In this document: piece by piece, positions 28,783 to 39,800 of the stretch
Layout of the letters: every line of letters begins with the position of its first letter
Position numbering within the stretch: position 1 is the first letter of the stretch
Assembly (NCBI GenBank): GCA_905235605.1
Contig: CAJOMF010000003.1
Coordinates: 5,173 to 69,172, forward strand
Source of the DNA: an uncultured bacterium
GTDB lineage: Bacteria > UBP6 > UBA1177
DNA: 64,000 bases
Direction of reading: 5' to 3'
Notes under the pieces: model-generated
Told to the model about the DNA's origin: nothing
Databases searched by the model: none
The model's input: only the letters and a program-made list of their open reading frames with translations
Program-made: the position numbers and the translations under genes

Positions 28783-30609
28783 TTGGATTCCAAGGTTAGT
28801 ATGAAAAACATCAAAAATATCAGAAATTTTTCGATCGTAGCCCACATTGACCACGGCAAATCGACTCTCTCAGACCGTCTTCTTGAAATGACGGGCGGCC
28901 TCAGCGAGCGTGAAATGACGGAGCAGTTTCTTGACGACATGGAGCTCGAAAAAGAGCGCGGGATCACGATCAAGGCGCGCGCAGTCACTGTTTTTCACGA
29001 ATACAATGGCGAAAAATACGAGTTCAACTTCATCGACACTCCGGGACACGTCGATTTTTCCTACGAAGTGAGCCGCGCACTGACAAGCTGCGAAGGAGCT
29101 CTGCTTGTAGTTGACGCGACGCAGGGAGTCGAGGCTCAGACTCTGGCGAACGTCTATATGGCGATCGACAACGACCTCGCTATCGTTCCGGTCATCAACA
29201 AAATCGACCTTCCGAGCGCAGACGTCGAAAAAACAAAGACTGAAATCGCCGATATCATCGGGATCGACACTGAAGATGCAGCCCTTGTTTCGGCAAAAAC
29301 AGGGGTCGGAGTAAGAGAACTTCTCGACAAAATAGTAACTGAAATTCCGGCTCCGAAAACAGATCCTTCGATGAAAACAAGGGCTCTTGTGTTCGACAGC
29401 TGGTTTGACGCTTATGTCGGAGTCAGAATGATGGTGAGGATGTTCGACGGCGAGATCAAAACTGGAGACATAATCCATCTCATGCACTCGGATGCCGATT
29501 ACGAAGTGATCGAAATCGCGAAATATATGCCTTTCCTCAAGAAAGTTGACTCGCTTTCTGCGGGCGAAGTCGGCGTTGTGGCGGCGGGGATCAAAACTAT
29601 CCACGATGTCAGGATCGGGGAAACGATAACTCTTGCAAACGATCCGACAACAACTCCCCTTCCCGGCTTCAAGCCCATGAAACAGATGGTTTTCTGCGGA
29701 GTTTTCCCCGTTGAGACCTCGAAATACGAAGAAGTAAAGCGCGCCGTCGAAAAGCTCGCTCTCAACGATTCGAGTTTTTCTTATGAACCTGAAAATTCGA
29801 CCGCGCTCGGCTACGGATTCCGCTGCGGATTTCTGGGAATGCTCCACCTTGAGATCGTAAAAGAAAGACTTGAGCGCGAATTCGGGCTCGAGCTCATAAC
29901 TACTGCTCCGAGCGTCGCATACAAAGTAGTGCTTACGAACGGTGAGGAAGTCATCGTTGAAAATCCCGACAAACTCCCGAAACCGCAGATAATCGCACAC
30001 ATCGAGGAGCCTATCGTAAAGGCGTCGGTATTCACTCCGGCGGAATTTATCGGCGGGCTCGTAAAACTCTGCCTTGACAAGCGCGGCAAGCAGAAAAACA
30101 TGATCTATCAGGCGGCCGACCGCGTAATCCTTGAATACGAAATGCCGCTCAGCGAGATAGTTTACGACTTTTACGACAAGCTGAAATCGATCTCGCGCGG
30201 ATTCGCTTCTCTTGACTACGAATTCGACCGCTACGAAAAGTCAAACCTCGTCAAAATGGACATTCTCATCAACGGAGAGCCGGTCGACGCGCTTTCTGTC
30301 ATCGTCCACAAGGACAAATCATACCAGATGGGACGCTCTCTCGTAATGAAGATGCGCCGCGTCATACCGAGACAGATGTACGATGTCGCGATCCAGGCTG
30401 CGATTGGTTCGACCGTCATTTCACGCGAAACGGTCAAGGCTTACAGAAAGGACGTAACCTCGAAATGCTACGGCGGCGACGTATCGCGAAAGAGAAAACT
30501 CCTCGAAAAGCAGAAAGAGGGAAAGAAGCGTATGAAGCAGCTCGGAAATGTCGAGATCCCGCAGGAAGCCTTCCTTGCAGTCCTTGAAGCCGGTGAAGAA
30601 GAGCAGTAA
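28783..30609 (+). CDS. lepA: Translation elongation factor 4
   Basis: G-domain motifs AHIDHGKST and DTPGHVDF, plus the LepA-specific C-terminal domain. 608 aa. Confidence 0.95.
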   Translation: MDSKVSMKNIKNIRNFSIVAHIDHGKSTLSDRLLEMTGGLSEREMTEQFLDDMELEKERGITIKARAVTVFHEYNGEKYEFNFIDTPGHVDFSYEVSRALTSCEGALLVVDATQGVEAQTLANVYMAIDNDLAIVPVINKIDLPSADVEKTKTEIADIIGIDTEDAALVSAKTGVGVRELLDKIVTEIPAPKTDPSMKTRALVFDSWFDAYVGVRMMVRMFDGEIKTGDIIHLMHSDADYEVIEIAKYMPFLKKVDSLSAGEVGVVAAGIKTIHDVRIGETITLANDPTTTPLPGFKPMKQMVFCGVFPVETSKYEEVKRAVEKLALNDSSFSYEPENSTALGYGFRCGFLGMLHLEIVKERLEREFGLELITTAPSVAYKVVLTNGEEVIVENPDKLPKPQIIAHIEEPIVKASVFTPAEFIGGLVKLCLDKRGKQKNMIYQAADRVILEYEMPLSEIVYDFYDKLKSISRGFASLDYEFDRYEKSNLVKMDILINGEPVDALSVIVHKDKSYQMGRSLVMKMRRVIPRQMYDVAIQAAIGSTVISRETVKAYRKDVTSKCYGGDVSRKRKLLEKQKEGKKRMKQLGNVEIPQEAFLAVLEAGEEEQ

Positions 30610-30615
30610 ACGCCG

Positions 30616-31773
30616 ATGTGTCTCAAGTTATTGATTTCACTGATTTTTATATTTTTTACCTTTATATCTCAGGCTGAGGGGTCGAAAAAGAGCGACGAAA
30701 AAATTCAGACGAAACCGGAAAATGCTGAGCAAAATGAAGAAAAAACTGAGGAAAAAAATGAAAAAAAGCTCGGATTCATAGCCATTCCGGTCGTTTTTTA
30801 TTCAAGCGATACCAACTTCGGCTTCGGCGCCGCAGCTATCATCCACAAAGACCACCACAAAGACGAATACGTGAGTAAATCCAATTCGCTCGCAATGGTT
30901 TTCTTCTACACTCTGCGCAACCAGATGCTCAGTGCGAATGCAGGAAACCTGTACTGGGACAGCGCAAACTGGCACTGGAAAAGCGAACTGATATTCAAGA
31001 AGTATCCTACAGATTTTTTCGGCATCGGCAATGACACAAAACCTGCAGCCCACGAAGTTTTCGAGCCTTTCACTTTCAAGTTCGAAAACTCGGTAAACCG
31101 CCGTGTCTGGCGCTCATTTTATGCCGGGATCTCACTTTCGCAGGGCTATCATAATCTCATAAAATCAAAGAAAGGCGGACTTACTCAGTCTTATTTTAAA
31201 AATCACCAGAAAGAAGGTTTCATTTCAGGAATCGGTCTGCGCCTGAGTTATGACAGCACCGACGACTCGTTTTCCCCGACGACAGGCAGTTTTGCGGAAG
31301 TCGCATATCACTACCATCCCTTCTGGCTCGGCAGCCAGTACAGTTTTTCGAGAGTTTTCATCGACGGACGCACTTTCGTTAAGATTCCGATCCCCAAATT
31401 CGAGTCTGTTCTGGGATTCCAGCTTTTATATGAAGGAGTGCACGGCAACGCGCCGCTTTCTTTTCTGCCGACTATCGGCGACATGGACATGATGCGCGGC
31501 TATACCGGGGACAGATTCCGCGACAACTATATGATCGCAGCTCAGACAGAATGGCGCTTTCCGATCTACTGGCGTTTCGGCGGAGCACTTTTTTTCGCCG
31601 CGGGAAGAGTAATGCACAATTTCACGGACTTCATTTTTGAGGATATCAAATACGGCGGCGGGTTCGGCATCAGATTCAGACTCGCAAAGAAAAAAAAGAT
31701 AAATCTGCGTTTTGACATGGGTTTTACACCGGAAGGCTACAAATTTTACTTCAATCTCCTCGAGGCTTTTTAA
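30616..31773 (+). CDS. Omp85/BamA-family (surface antigen D15-like) outer-membrane beta-barrel protein, no POTRA
   Basis: Signal peptide, alternating amphipathic beta strands and a C-terminal aromatic beta-signal (…FYFNLLEAF). Confidence 0.55.
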   Translation: MCLKLLISLIFIFFTFISQAEGSKKSDEKIQTKPENAEQNEEKTEEKNEKKLGFIAIPVVFYSSDTNFGFGAAAIIHKDHHKDEYVSKSNSLAMVFFYTLRNQMLSANAGNLYWDSANWHWKSELIFKKYPTDFFGIGNDTKPAAHEVFEPFTFKFENSVNRRVWRSFYAGISLSQGYHNLIKSKKGGLTQSYFKNHQKEGFISGIGLRLSYDSTDDSFSPTTGSFAEVAYHYHPFWLGSQYSFSRVFIDGRTFVKIPIPKFESVLGFQLLYEGVHGNAPLSFLPTIGDMDMMRGYTGDRFRDNYMIAAQTEWRFPIYWRFGGALFFAAGRVMHNFTDFIFEDIKYGGGFGIRFRLAKKKKINLRFDMGFTPEGYKFYFNLLEAF

Positions 31774-31833
31774 AAAAATTCATATTTTTGTTGCATTTTA
31801 AATGAATCGGACTATAAAGGTTGCGCTTTTTGC

Positions 31834-31909
31834 GGGCCTATAGCTCAGTTGGTAGAGCCCCCGGCTCATAACCGGATGGTCAGAGGTTCGAACCCTCTTG
31901 GGCCCACCA
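31834..31909 (+). tRNA. tRNA-Met (anticodon CAT; could be the lysidine-modified Ile2 isoacceptor)
   Basis: 76-nt cloverleaf read by eye. Acceptor stem GGGCCTA/TGGGCCC, D-arm GCTC/GAGC, anticodon loop CTCATAA, T-arm AGAGG-TTCGAAC-CCTCT, and an encoded CCA end. Confidence 0.85.
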
Positions 31910-31970
31910 CTCTTTTGTGGAGGCTGGATTTGCTGTTTATTTACAAATTTCGCGACATAAATTTGAGAAA

Positions 31971-32000
31971 GCACTTGTCAAAAACAAGTGCTTTTTTTTT
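31971..32000 (+). terminator. Rho-independent terminator downstream of tRNA-Met
   Basis: Perfect 8-bp stem GCACTTGT/ACAAGTGC with loop CAAAA, followed by T9. Confidence 0.75.
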
Positions 32001-32012
32001 GCTTTTTAACTA

Positions 32013-32768
32013 ATGGAGGCTCCTTTGCTTGAAGAACTGAAAAAACTTGTAAGTCTGCAGGACGTTGACTCTGAGATTTTCAAACTTGAAGAAGAGTTGG
32101 ATGCTCTGCCCGACAGAAACGACGCTCTTGAAGATCAGATCGTTGAAAAGGAAAACAAGATCAAAGAACTTAAAAACGCCATCGACATTCAGGTAGATGA
32201 AAAAGAAAAGAGAGACGAAATTTACAAAAAAGGCGAAGAAAAGCTCAAAACGATCACCGGAAAGCAGTCAGCTATCAGAAACAAAGAGGAATACAACGCT
32301 CTTTTGAGGGAAATCGACAACATCAAAAGGTTCAACCGCGACCTCAGCGATGAAATTGCCGAAATAAACAAGGAAATCGAAGCAAAAACCGAAGAACTCA
32401 ACATTGCCGAAGAACAGTTCTCCCGCGAAATAGAGGGCTTCAAAAAACAGATCGAAATCAACTCGAAAAGAATGGACGAGCTTGATAAAACGATCGACAA
32501 ACTCTACGACGAAAGAGAGAAACTTTCGAAAAACATCAGACCTGCTGTCTACAACAAATATCAGAGGATCATCGAAACCTCGCCGAACGGCAAAGCGATC
32601 GCCATGGCTGAACACAGAGTCTGCCTCGGCTGCAACATGACGCTTCCGCCGGAACTTTACAACATGGTCCTCCGTGCAACCAGGATCGAAGTCTGTCCGA
32701 ACTGCCAGTGCATCCTCATTCCCGGCGACAACCATTCGAAACCGGCATCAGACAAAGACGAAAATTAG
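32013..32768 (+). CDS. Coiled-coil protein with C-terminal C4 zinc ribbon (DUF164-like)
   Basis: Long heptad-rich region and a C-terminal CLGCNMTLPPE…CPNCQCIL zinc-ribbon motif. Confidence 0.6.
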   Translation: MEAPLLEELKKLVSLQDVDSEIFKLEEELDALPDRNDALEDQIVEKENKIKELKNAIDIQVDEKEKRDEIYKKGEEKLKTITGKQSAIRNKEEYNALLREIDNIKRFNRDLSDEIAEINKEIEAKTEELNIAEEQFSREIEGFKKQIEINSKRMDELDKTIDKLYDEREKLSKNIRPAVYNKYQRIIETSPNGKAIAMAEHRVCLGCNMTLPPELYNMVLRATRIEVCPNCQCILIPGDNHSKPASDKDEN

Positions 32769-32781
32769 TTCTTTTACTTGT

Positions 32782-33133
32782 GAAAAAGTAGCACTTCCAG
32801 TCGCTGATATTCAGAGGAAAGTCCGGACTCTTCAGGGCAGAGGGCTGGCTAACGGCCAGGAGCAGTGATGCTACGGAAAGTGCAGCAGAAAATAAACTAC
32901 CTGACTTGTTCAGGAAAAGGTGAAAAGGCGGAGTAAGAGCCCACCGGGGTCACGGTGACGCGGCCCGCATGGCAAACCCCCCTCGGAGCAAGGTCTAATA
33001 GAAATGCCATCTGCCGCGGCAGATAAGGATCGCCCATCCGACGCATTCGGGTTGACCGCTTGAGATTGCAGGTAACTGTAATTCCAGATGAATGACTGGA
33101 TAAAACAGAATCCGGCTTATGTGCTACTTTTTC
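32782..33133 (+). ncRNA. rnpB: RNase P RNA, bacterial type A
   Basis: P4 strands GAGGAAAGTCCGGACTC and ACAGAATCCGGCTTA, the GGTGAAA…GTAAGAGCCCACC module, and a P1 pairing between GAAAAAGTAGCAC (5') and GTGCTACTTTTTC (3'). Confidence 0.9.
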
Positions 33134-33187
33134 TCCACTTTTTCCCGAAAAAGTTCATTTAACCGCAAACTTAAAAACGGAGGAACG

Positions 33188-34498
33188 ATGTCTGCAAGAG
33201 ATGCATGGAAAAGCAAACTCGGTTTCATTCTGGCGGCAGTCGGAAGTGCCGTAGGTCTCGGAAATATCTGGAAATTTCCCTATGTCGTAGGTAAAAACGG
33301 CGGCAGCGCATTTATTTCCATATACCTTGCCTGCATCATTCTGGTGGGCATCCCGATACTTATAGCCGAGATCTACATCGGAAAAAAGAGCCAGCTCAAT
33401 CCTGTAGGGGCATTCCGCTTCTTCCAGAAAGGAAAGATTCCGTTTTCACCCATCGGATATTCCGGAGTTTTGTGCGGGATCATAATTCTTTCGTATTATT
33501 CAGTAATTACAGGCTGGATCTGCCATTATCTCATGCTCAGTTTCCGCGGTTTTTACGGAACCGAGACCGAAATCAGCACGATTTTCGACAATTTGAACAA
33601 TACTCCGTGGCTCAATGTCGCGTGGCATACTTTTGTCATGACCGCTATCATGCTGATTCTTATGAAAGGCGTTATGAAAGGTATAGAAAAGGCAAGCAAA
33701 ATCCTCATGCCGATCCTCGGGATCCTTCTTCTCGTCCTTGTCTGCTATTCGCTGACTCTCGACGGAATGAAAGACGCATGGCATTTCCTCACCTCCCCCG
33801 ATTTTTCCAAGGTAACAGGCGGATCGCTGCTTGAAGCTCTCGGCACCTCGTTTTTCACTCTTTCGCTCGGAATAGGTGCGATGATAACCTACGGAAGCTA
33901 CCTCAAAGGTGAAGTAAACATCACAAAATCGGCAGTTCAGATCGCTTTAATAGACACACTTATCGCCTTTTTAGCGGGAATCGTTATCTTTCCGATAGTT
34001 TTCTCCAACAATCTCGAACCCAGCGCAGGCCCGGGACTCATATTCCAAACCCTCCCCGTTCTTTTTGCCAAAATGCCCGGCGGGCACATCGTTTCAGTCA
34101 TCTTTTTCGCACTCGTCCTCTTTGCCGCGGTAACAAGCGCCATATCACTTCTGGAAGTTGCAGTATCATTCATAATCGACGAATTCAAGTGCTCAAGAAT
34201 AAAAGCGATTTTGATAATGGGAAGCGTAATCTGGCTTCTCGGGATCCTTTCGGCCGTATCATCATGGAATGTCGCGGGAACACCTTTCCTCGACCTTTTC
34301 GACAAGATCGCCTCCTGCTACATGCTTCCGCTCGGAGGCCTCTGCACCGCGCTCGTTTTCGGCTGGGCAATAACGACCGAAACCAAATACAAAGAAATCG
34401 GCTCATCAGTAATCACGAAAATCCTGCTTTTCGCCGCTAAATATGTTTCACCAATACTTCTTCTTATAGTTTTCCTTAAAGAAATCGGGTCGTTCTAG
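33188..34498 (+). CDS. Sodium-dependent transporter, SNF (neurotransmitter:sodium symporter) family
   Basis: GLGNIWKFPY signature and about 11 TM helices. Start moved to the ATG at 33188, downstream of rnpB. Confidence 0.85.
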   Translation: MSARDAWKSKLGFILAAVGSAVGLGNIWKFPYVVGKNGGSAFISIYLACIILVGIPILIAEIYIGKKSQLNPVGAFRFFQKGKIPFSPIGYSGVLCGIIILSYYSVITGWICHYLMLSFRGFYGTETEISTIFDNLNNTPWLNVAWHTFVMTAIMLILMKGVMKGIEKASKILMPILGILLLVLVCYSLTLDGMKDAWHFLTSPDFSKVTGGSLLEALGTSFFTLSLGIGAMITYGSYLKGEVNITKSAVQIALIDTLIAFLAGIVIFPIVFSNNLEPSAGPGLIFQTLPVLFAKMPGGHIVSVIFFALVLFAAVTSAISLLEVAVSFIIDEFKCSRIKAILIMGSVIWLLGILSAVSSWNVAGTPFLDLFDKIASCYMLPLGGLCTALVFGWAITTETKYKEIGSSVITKILLFAAKYVSPILLLIVFLKEIGSF

Positions 34499-34600
34499 AC
34501 TGAAACCCGGCAAAAAATGTAGAGCCGTGACCTGACACGGTTTCTGACAAGAGTGTGCCATCCCTGCCTGTCGGAGCTTAGGTCTGCCCGCCTGCAGATT

Positions 34601-34649
34601 CCCCGTCATGTCGAGCGAAAGCGAAACATCTCACAGATTCTTCGCTAAA
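34601..34649. repeat. Short dispersed structured repeat, copy A (CCCCGTCATGTCGAGC…GAAACATCTCACAGATTCTTCGCTAAA)
   Basis: Shares a CCCCGTCATxTxGAG…CGAAASATCTC…AGATTCTTCGCTAAA core with 57484..57563. Contains a GCGAA/TTCGC + ATCT/AGAT hairpin. Sits in a convergent intergenic region. Confidence 0.6.
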
Positions 34650-34764
34650 ATTAAAAATAAACTTAACACATATTTAGTTCAACAAAGTGCCGATTTTTCT
34701 GACTCAAAAAAACAAAAAAAATCAATAATTGTTCAATTTTATTAGAGATTTTAAAAGAACCAGT

Positions 34765-36300
34765 CTATTCTTCATACTGCTGATAGAAGTCGCCGGGCTG
34801 CGGTCCTTCGTCGTATTTTCTCATCCACTCCTGATACTGAGCGGTATTTTCAAGAAGGGCAAGGACTTCTTTCATCTGGTTTTTGAAGCGAGGCATACGC
34901 TTGGCATCGAGCTGCGGAGTCGCGATCATTTTGACTTTAAGCGGGTTGAGCCAGTCGCCCTTCGGACTTTTGATGCCTAAATGAAGGTGCGGGCCTGTGC
35001 TTCTGCCGGTGTTTCCGACTGAAGCTATCCTCTGACGCGCCGAAACAACCGTTCCGACACGGACATTGAAAGCGCTCAGGTGGAGATAGTATGTTTTGGT
35101 GTTGTCGGCATGGTTTATCGTAACCTGCTTGCCGCCGAGCGGAGTCTCTTTGACTTCGATGACTTTGCCGGGAGCGACAGCATAAACCGGAGTTCCGATC
35201 GGTGCACCGTAATCGACACCGTGGTGGGTCGTCATTTTGCCGGTTATCGGATGTCTTCTTGTGCCGAACGGGCTCGTGACGCGGATCGTGTCGAGCGGGA
35301 GCCTCATCGCGCTCGGGATAAGCGCCTTTCCCTTGTCGGTGTAGTGTGCATTGAAAGCCGATTTCGGATCTTCGTCCTCGTATCTGAAAGCCTCGCTGAA
35401 ACCAGCCTGTTTTCCGCGGTAGGAAGCGTAAAGGACTTTTGATCCCGGCACCATTTCGCCTTTGTAGTATCTGTCTTCGACGAGTATCCTGTATTCATCG
35501 CCTTTTCTCGCGTCTGTGCTGAAACTTACGATGCATTCTAGGATCCCGACAGTGACGGCGCGGATATTGCGGGTGACATCGTCTCTTTTGACAAGAGATT
35601 CGTTGAGAGTCGATTCGATTTTTCCTTCGATTATCCTGAATCTGCGCTCTGTCGGCAGATTTTTTGCCGTGTATTTCAGTTTCTTTTCAACCGGATCGCG
35701 CTTTAAAATGTGAAATGTGACAATATCGGGATAGTAGACGAATTCTTCGACATTGCCGTCTTTGTCGAACTTAACTTTGAAGTCTTCGCCCGCCTTGATC
35801 TGCGTGAGATCGACTTCGTATCTTATCGCGTTGCTGATCTCCATCGCGTGTTTCAGCTGGAGTCCGGGAACTTTGAGCAGAGCCTCTTCTATTCCTTTCT
35901 TCGGAAGGATCTTGCCGTGAAGGAAACCTTCTGAATCTGCAACAGAATCTTTGTCTTTCACGACTTCGACATCGACTCCGCCTGCGATCTCAGCCGATTC
36001 GATATCATCAGCCTCTTTCTGCGGCGCAGGGCTTGATTCGGGGATCGCATCACCGGCTGTCTCTTCGTTTTCCCGCATTTCCGCATTTTTACGGTGTTCT
36101 TTTTCCGCCGTTTCCGCGGATTTCGGTTGTTCCGCAGGTTTTGGAGACGTCTCAGGTGACATCTCTACATGTTTTTGTTCTGCAGCATGTTCCTCCGTTT
36201 CTGCGGGGCGTGATTTGTAAAAGACGACGAGAAGAACAAGCAGCACGATCACTGCTGCAAAAACCCAAACCGTAAAATTATGTTTTTTTTCATTATACAT
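34765..36300 (-). CDS. M23-family metallopeptidase with N-terminal TM and E/K-rich region
   Basis: HHGVDYGAPIGTPVYAVAPGKV and …HLHLGI… LytM/M23 motifs in the C-terminal domain. Confidence 0.75.
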   Translation of the reverse strand: MYNEKKHNFTVWVFAAVIVLLVLLVVFYKSRPAETEEHAAEQKHVEMSPETSPKPAEQPKSAETAEKEHRKNAEMRENEETAGDAIPESSPAPQKEADDIESAEIAGGVDVEVVKDKDSVADSEGFLHGKILPKKGIEEALLKVPGLQLKHAMEISNAIRYEVDLTQIKAGEDFKVKFDKDGNVEEFVYYPDIVTFHILKRDPVEKKLKYTAKNLPTERRFRIIEGKIESTLNESLVKRDDVTRNIRAVTVGILECIVSFSTDARKGDEYRILVEDRYYKGEMVPGSKVLYASYRGKQAGFSEAFRYEDEDPKSAFNAHYTDKGKALIPSAMRLPLDTIRVTSPFGTRRHPITGKMTTHHGVDYGAPIGTPVYAVAPGKVIEVKETPLGGKQVTINHADNTKTYYLHLSAFNVRVGTVVSARQRIASVGNTGRSTGPHLHLGIKSPKGDWLNPLKVKMIATPQLDAKRMPRFKNQMKEVLALLENTAQYQEWMRKYDEGPQPGDFYQQYEE

Positions 36301-36325
36301 TTACAACTCCGGCAAACTCAAAACA

Positions 36326-36814
36326 CTACATAAGCCTGAATTTTTCCCGCAAAGCCTTTTCGACATTGGGAGTGACGAAATGGGAAAGATAAGTTCCGTT
36401 TTTAGATGCGACTTCCCTGACGATACTTGACGACAGAAACGAATATTTGTCGGAAGTCATAAAGAAAACCGACTCTATTTCCGGTTCCATCGCTCTGTTC
36501 GTCGAAGCCATAAGGAATTCGTATTCGAAATCAGAAACGGCGCGCAGACCGCGGATCACGGTAAACACGTTGACCTGACGCGCGAAATCGACAAGAAGGT
36601 CGTTGAAAATTATAACCGTTATCGCAGGATCGTCCTTAAAGATCTCTTCGATCTGAAGTTTGCGCTCCTTTGCGGTAAAAAGGTTTTTCTTGCTTCCGTT
36701 CTCCCCTATCGCGATGTAGATTTTGTCAAAAATCGTCTTGGCACGGTTCACAATATCAAGATGCCCGAGGGTGAAAGGGTCGAAACTGCCGGGATAGATC
36801 GCAGTCCTAGTCAT
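36326..36814 (-). CDS. coaD: Phosphopantetheine adenylyltransferase
   Basis: PGSFDPFTLGHLDI nucleotidyltransferase motif. 162 aa. Confidence 0.9.
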   Translation of the reverse strand: MTRTAIYPGSFDPFTLGHLDIVNRAKTIFDKIYIAIGENGSKKNLFTAKERKLQIEEIFKDDPAITVIIFNDLLVDFARQVNVFTVIRGLRAVSDFEYEFLMASTNRAMEPEIESVFFMTSDKYSFLSSSIVREVASKNGTYLSHFVTPNVEKALREKFRLM

Positions 36815-39800
36815 TATCTTCCTCAGATGTTTTCTTCTGCTGTTCAGAATCGATTTTATTCAGTGCTTTCTGGGCTTTCTTATAGAATTCATTATTTTTC
36901 GAGACTGTTTTCATAACTTCCTGAAAAAGCCTCTTTGCCTCTTCGGGATCGTCGTCAATAACATACATCCCCTCTTCGTAAAGGTCTTCAGCTTCTTCTA
37001 CCGCCTCTTCGGGATCTTCTTCAGAGGCTTTCGGTGCCGGCGTGCTGGTCTGCGGAGGCATATTCTGCTTTATATAGTAGACTTCGTCCTGGATCATACT
37101 TTTTTCGTTGTGGTCGCTGATGTGTTTGAGGCAGCGCTGGAAATAACGGAGAGCAGTAGGCAGATCACCTTTTTCCTTGTAGATATAGCCGAGTTTGCTC
37201 ATTGATTCTACATCTTTTTTGTCGAGGGAGATGACTTTTTTGTAGTAGTTTATCGCCTTGTTGGTGTCACCTGAATCATAATAGATCCCGGCAAGCAGCT
37301 TGACAGCTGCACGGTTGCCTGACTTTTCCGCTTTTTTGAGGTAATCCATCGCCTTGCTGCGGCTGCCCAGCTGGAGATAGCTTTCGCCTATCTCAAGGTA
37401 AGCCTCTTTTTTCAAAGACTTGTCCGTAACTCTGTTGAAATATTTTAGAGCGTTTCTGTAATCATCAAGATTTTTGTAGACAATGCCTTTCATCAGCAGG
37501 AGATCCTGATCTGTCGGATCGATTTTTTCAGCAGCTTCGATCTTTTCGACCGCACCTTTGTAATCGCCGCGCTTCGACAGAATTCTTGCATAAAGCATAT
37601 AGTTGTCGAAATTTTTCATGTCGAGAACAACAGCTGTATCGATCTCCTTTTCAGCTTCCGGATAACGCTCCATCGTGTACAGGATCTTCGCCTTGAGGTA
37701 GTAAACCGACGTTTTCTGCGAATCGAGTTCAAGCGCCTTATTGATGGTGTTCAGCGCTTTTTCATACGATCTGACATGAAAATAAGAATTTGCAAGAGAG
37801 ACATAACTTTTATACATTTTCTTTTCGACAAAAGTTTTCTGCTCAAGCATCGATATGATCGTCTGCCACTTTTTCTCTTTTTCGAGACTGCCGATGTAAG
37901 ACTGCATATAATCGTAACTTCCAGGATTGATCTTATACGCCCTGCCGAGCATCCTGCTCGCTTCGGCATATTTACGCTGATCTTTGAGGAATTCGCCGTA
38001 GAAGAAGTAAACCCTTTCATCGCCAACGGAGTTCTTTTCGTCAGCCAGCCTGAAATGCTCTGCTGCACTCTTGTAATCTGCATTTTTGTGGTCGATTATA
38101 GCTTTTACCAAATGATACGGATACCTGTCTTTTCCAAGTTTTTCGAGAACGACAAGGATCTGTTCAAGATCTTTGACCTTGTTGAAATCAACCAATAAAA
38201 TATGAGCCTTGGCAATATACGGCTCAATGTATGACGGATCCGATTTTATCGACAGATCGTAGAACTCTATCGCCTTTGCCTTGTCGCCGATATTCGAATA
38301 GATCTTTCCGACTCTAGCCAGAAGCTGAGGATTTGTCAGAGTTTTAAGATCAAGTTTTGCAAGTTCCAGGTATATTTTCTCTTTCTGACCGAGAAGAACA
38401 TAAATCTCGGTTTTTCCGATTATGGAAGCTGAATGTTTCGGATCTATTTTCAAAGCCATGTCGTAGTATTCCATAGCTTTCGTAGAATCGGAAATCTGAA
38501 CATAAAAATCGGCGATCTTCGTTATGGCTTCGGTATCGGTCTGATTGATTTCGACCGCCTTTTCGTAGTATTTTATAGCTTCCCTGAATGTGCCCATCCT
38601 TGTCATAATACCAGCAAGCATCTGATAATACTCAGCTTTTTGAGAATCGTCAGCTTTTGCAACAACATTATTGTCTATGTTTTTCAGGAATTTTTCAGCT
38701 TCGGCAAGTTTGTTGTCACTGTTCATCAAAATCTTCGATTTCAGCAGATAAGCCTTGATATAATTCGGAGATTCCGAAATTATTCTGTTGATGAATGCCA
38801 TTGCAGACTGCGTATCGCCGTTCTGATATTTCATGTTTGCAAGGGCGTACATGATCTTTACACTTTTGCCGCCGCCCTGGATAAAACCGGTGTTGAAGAA
38901 GTTTTCAGCTTTTTCAAGATCGTTCTTTCCGCTTGCGATCAAACCGAGAATGTAGAACACTTCCTGATCGTTCTTGTCGGTGAACGGCTGAAGAAGTTCC
39001 GCCGCAGCGTCATACTGCTTCTGCTCGTAAAGATAAAGAGCCTTCGCTTTGACAAGGTCGATATTTCCCTGAGCTTTCTTCATTGCCGCAGAAATTTTTT
39101 CGTTTATCGACGATGAAGATTCGATCCTTCTGTTGTACGAAATAAGGAGGTTCATTTTGACCTGACCGTCAAGACCGACAGCGCTCGGAGCAGAATCGTC
39201 GGGTTTTATGTACTGCTTCAAAATACCGATACTGTTGATGTAATCTTCAGGCGTATCTTTGTCCAAAGCATCTCTGACGTCGGCCAGAGTTCCGGTATTT
39301 ACAGCGATCTGCTCGCTTATGTTGTCGAGGATATCGGCGGAATTATTGCGTTTCGTGTAGAAGTAATACGCACCTCCTGCAACGATCGCAAGGATTGCAA
39401 TAGTCGCAATGGAAGTCGCGATGTAAAAAACAGCCGAACCGCCGCCGCGTCTTCTCTCCTTTTTCGGTTTTGTCTTCTGGACACCTGTCATCGTGTCGTT
39501 GAATTCATCCGGGATATAAACATGTTCCACTTTGCTGACATCCTCGCCGGAATTGATCTCTTCCGCAAGGCTGTTTTCCTTGTTGATGGCGGTACCCTCC
39601 TCAAAAAGGAGCGAATCCATAGAATCTTCCGCCTGATCGAGACCGAGAGAAAAAGCTGAAGAATCAGCAGGATTCTGCGGTTCGGAAGAAGGTGCATCGC
39701 CGCCGTTCCAGTTTACGCCGTCGTAGCTGATATCGTCGTCTTCAGTGATCTCTCCGTTTATCATAAGTTCATCGACCTGCGATTCATCTACAGGACCGAT

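Noticed and set aside
28870-30000. 376-aa ORF antisense to lepA
   Set aside because: It lies entirely inside the strongly supported lepA CDS. Its translation is F/R/D/S-rich, repetitive and not protein-like. A long antisense open frame of this kind is not evidence of a gene.
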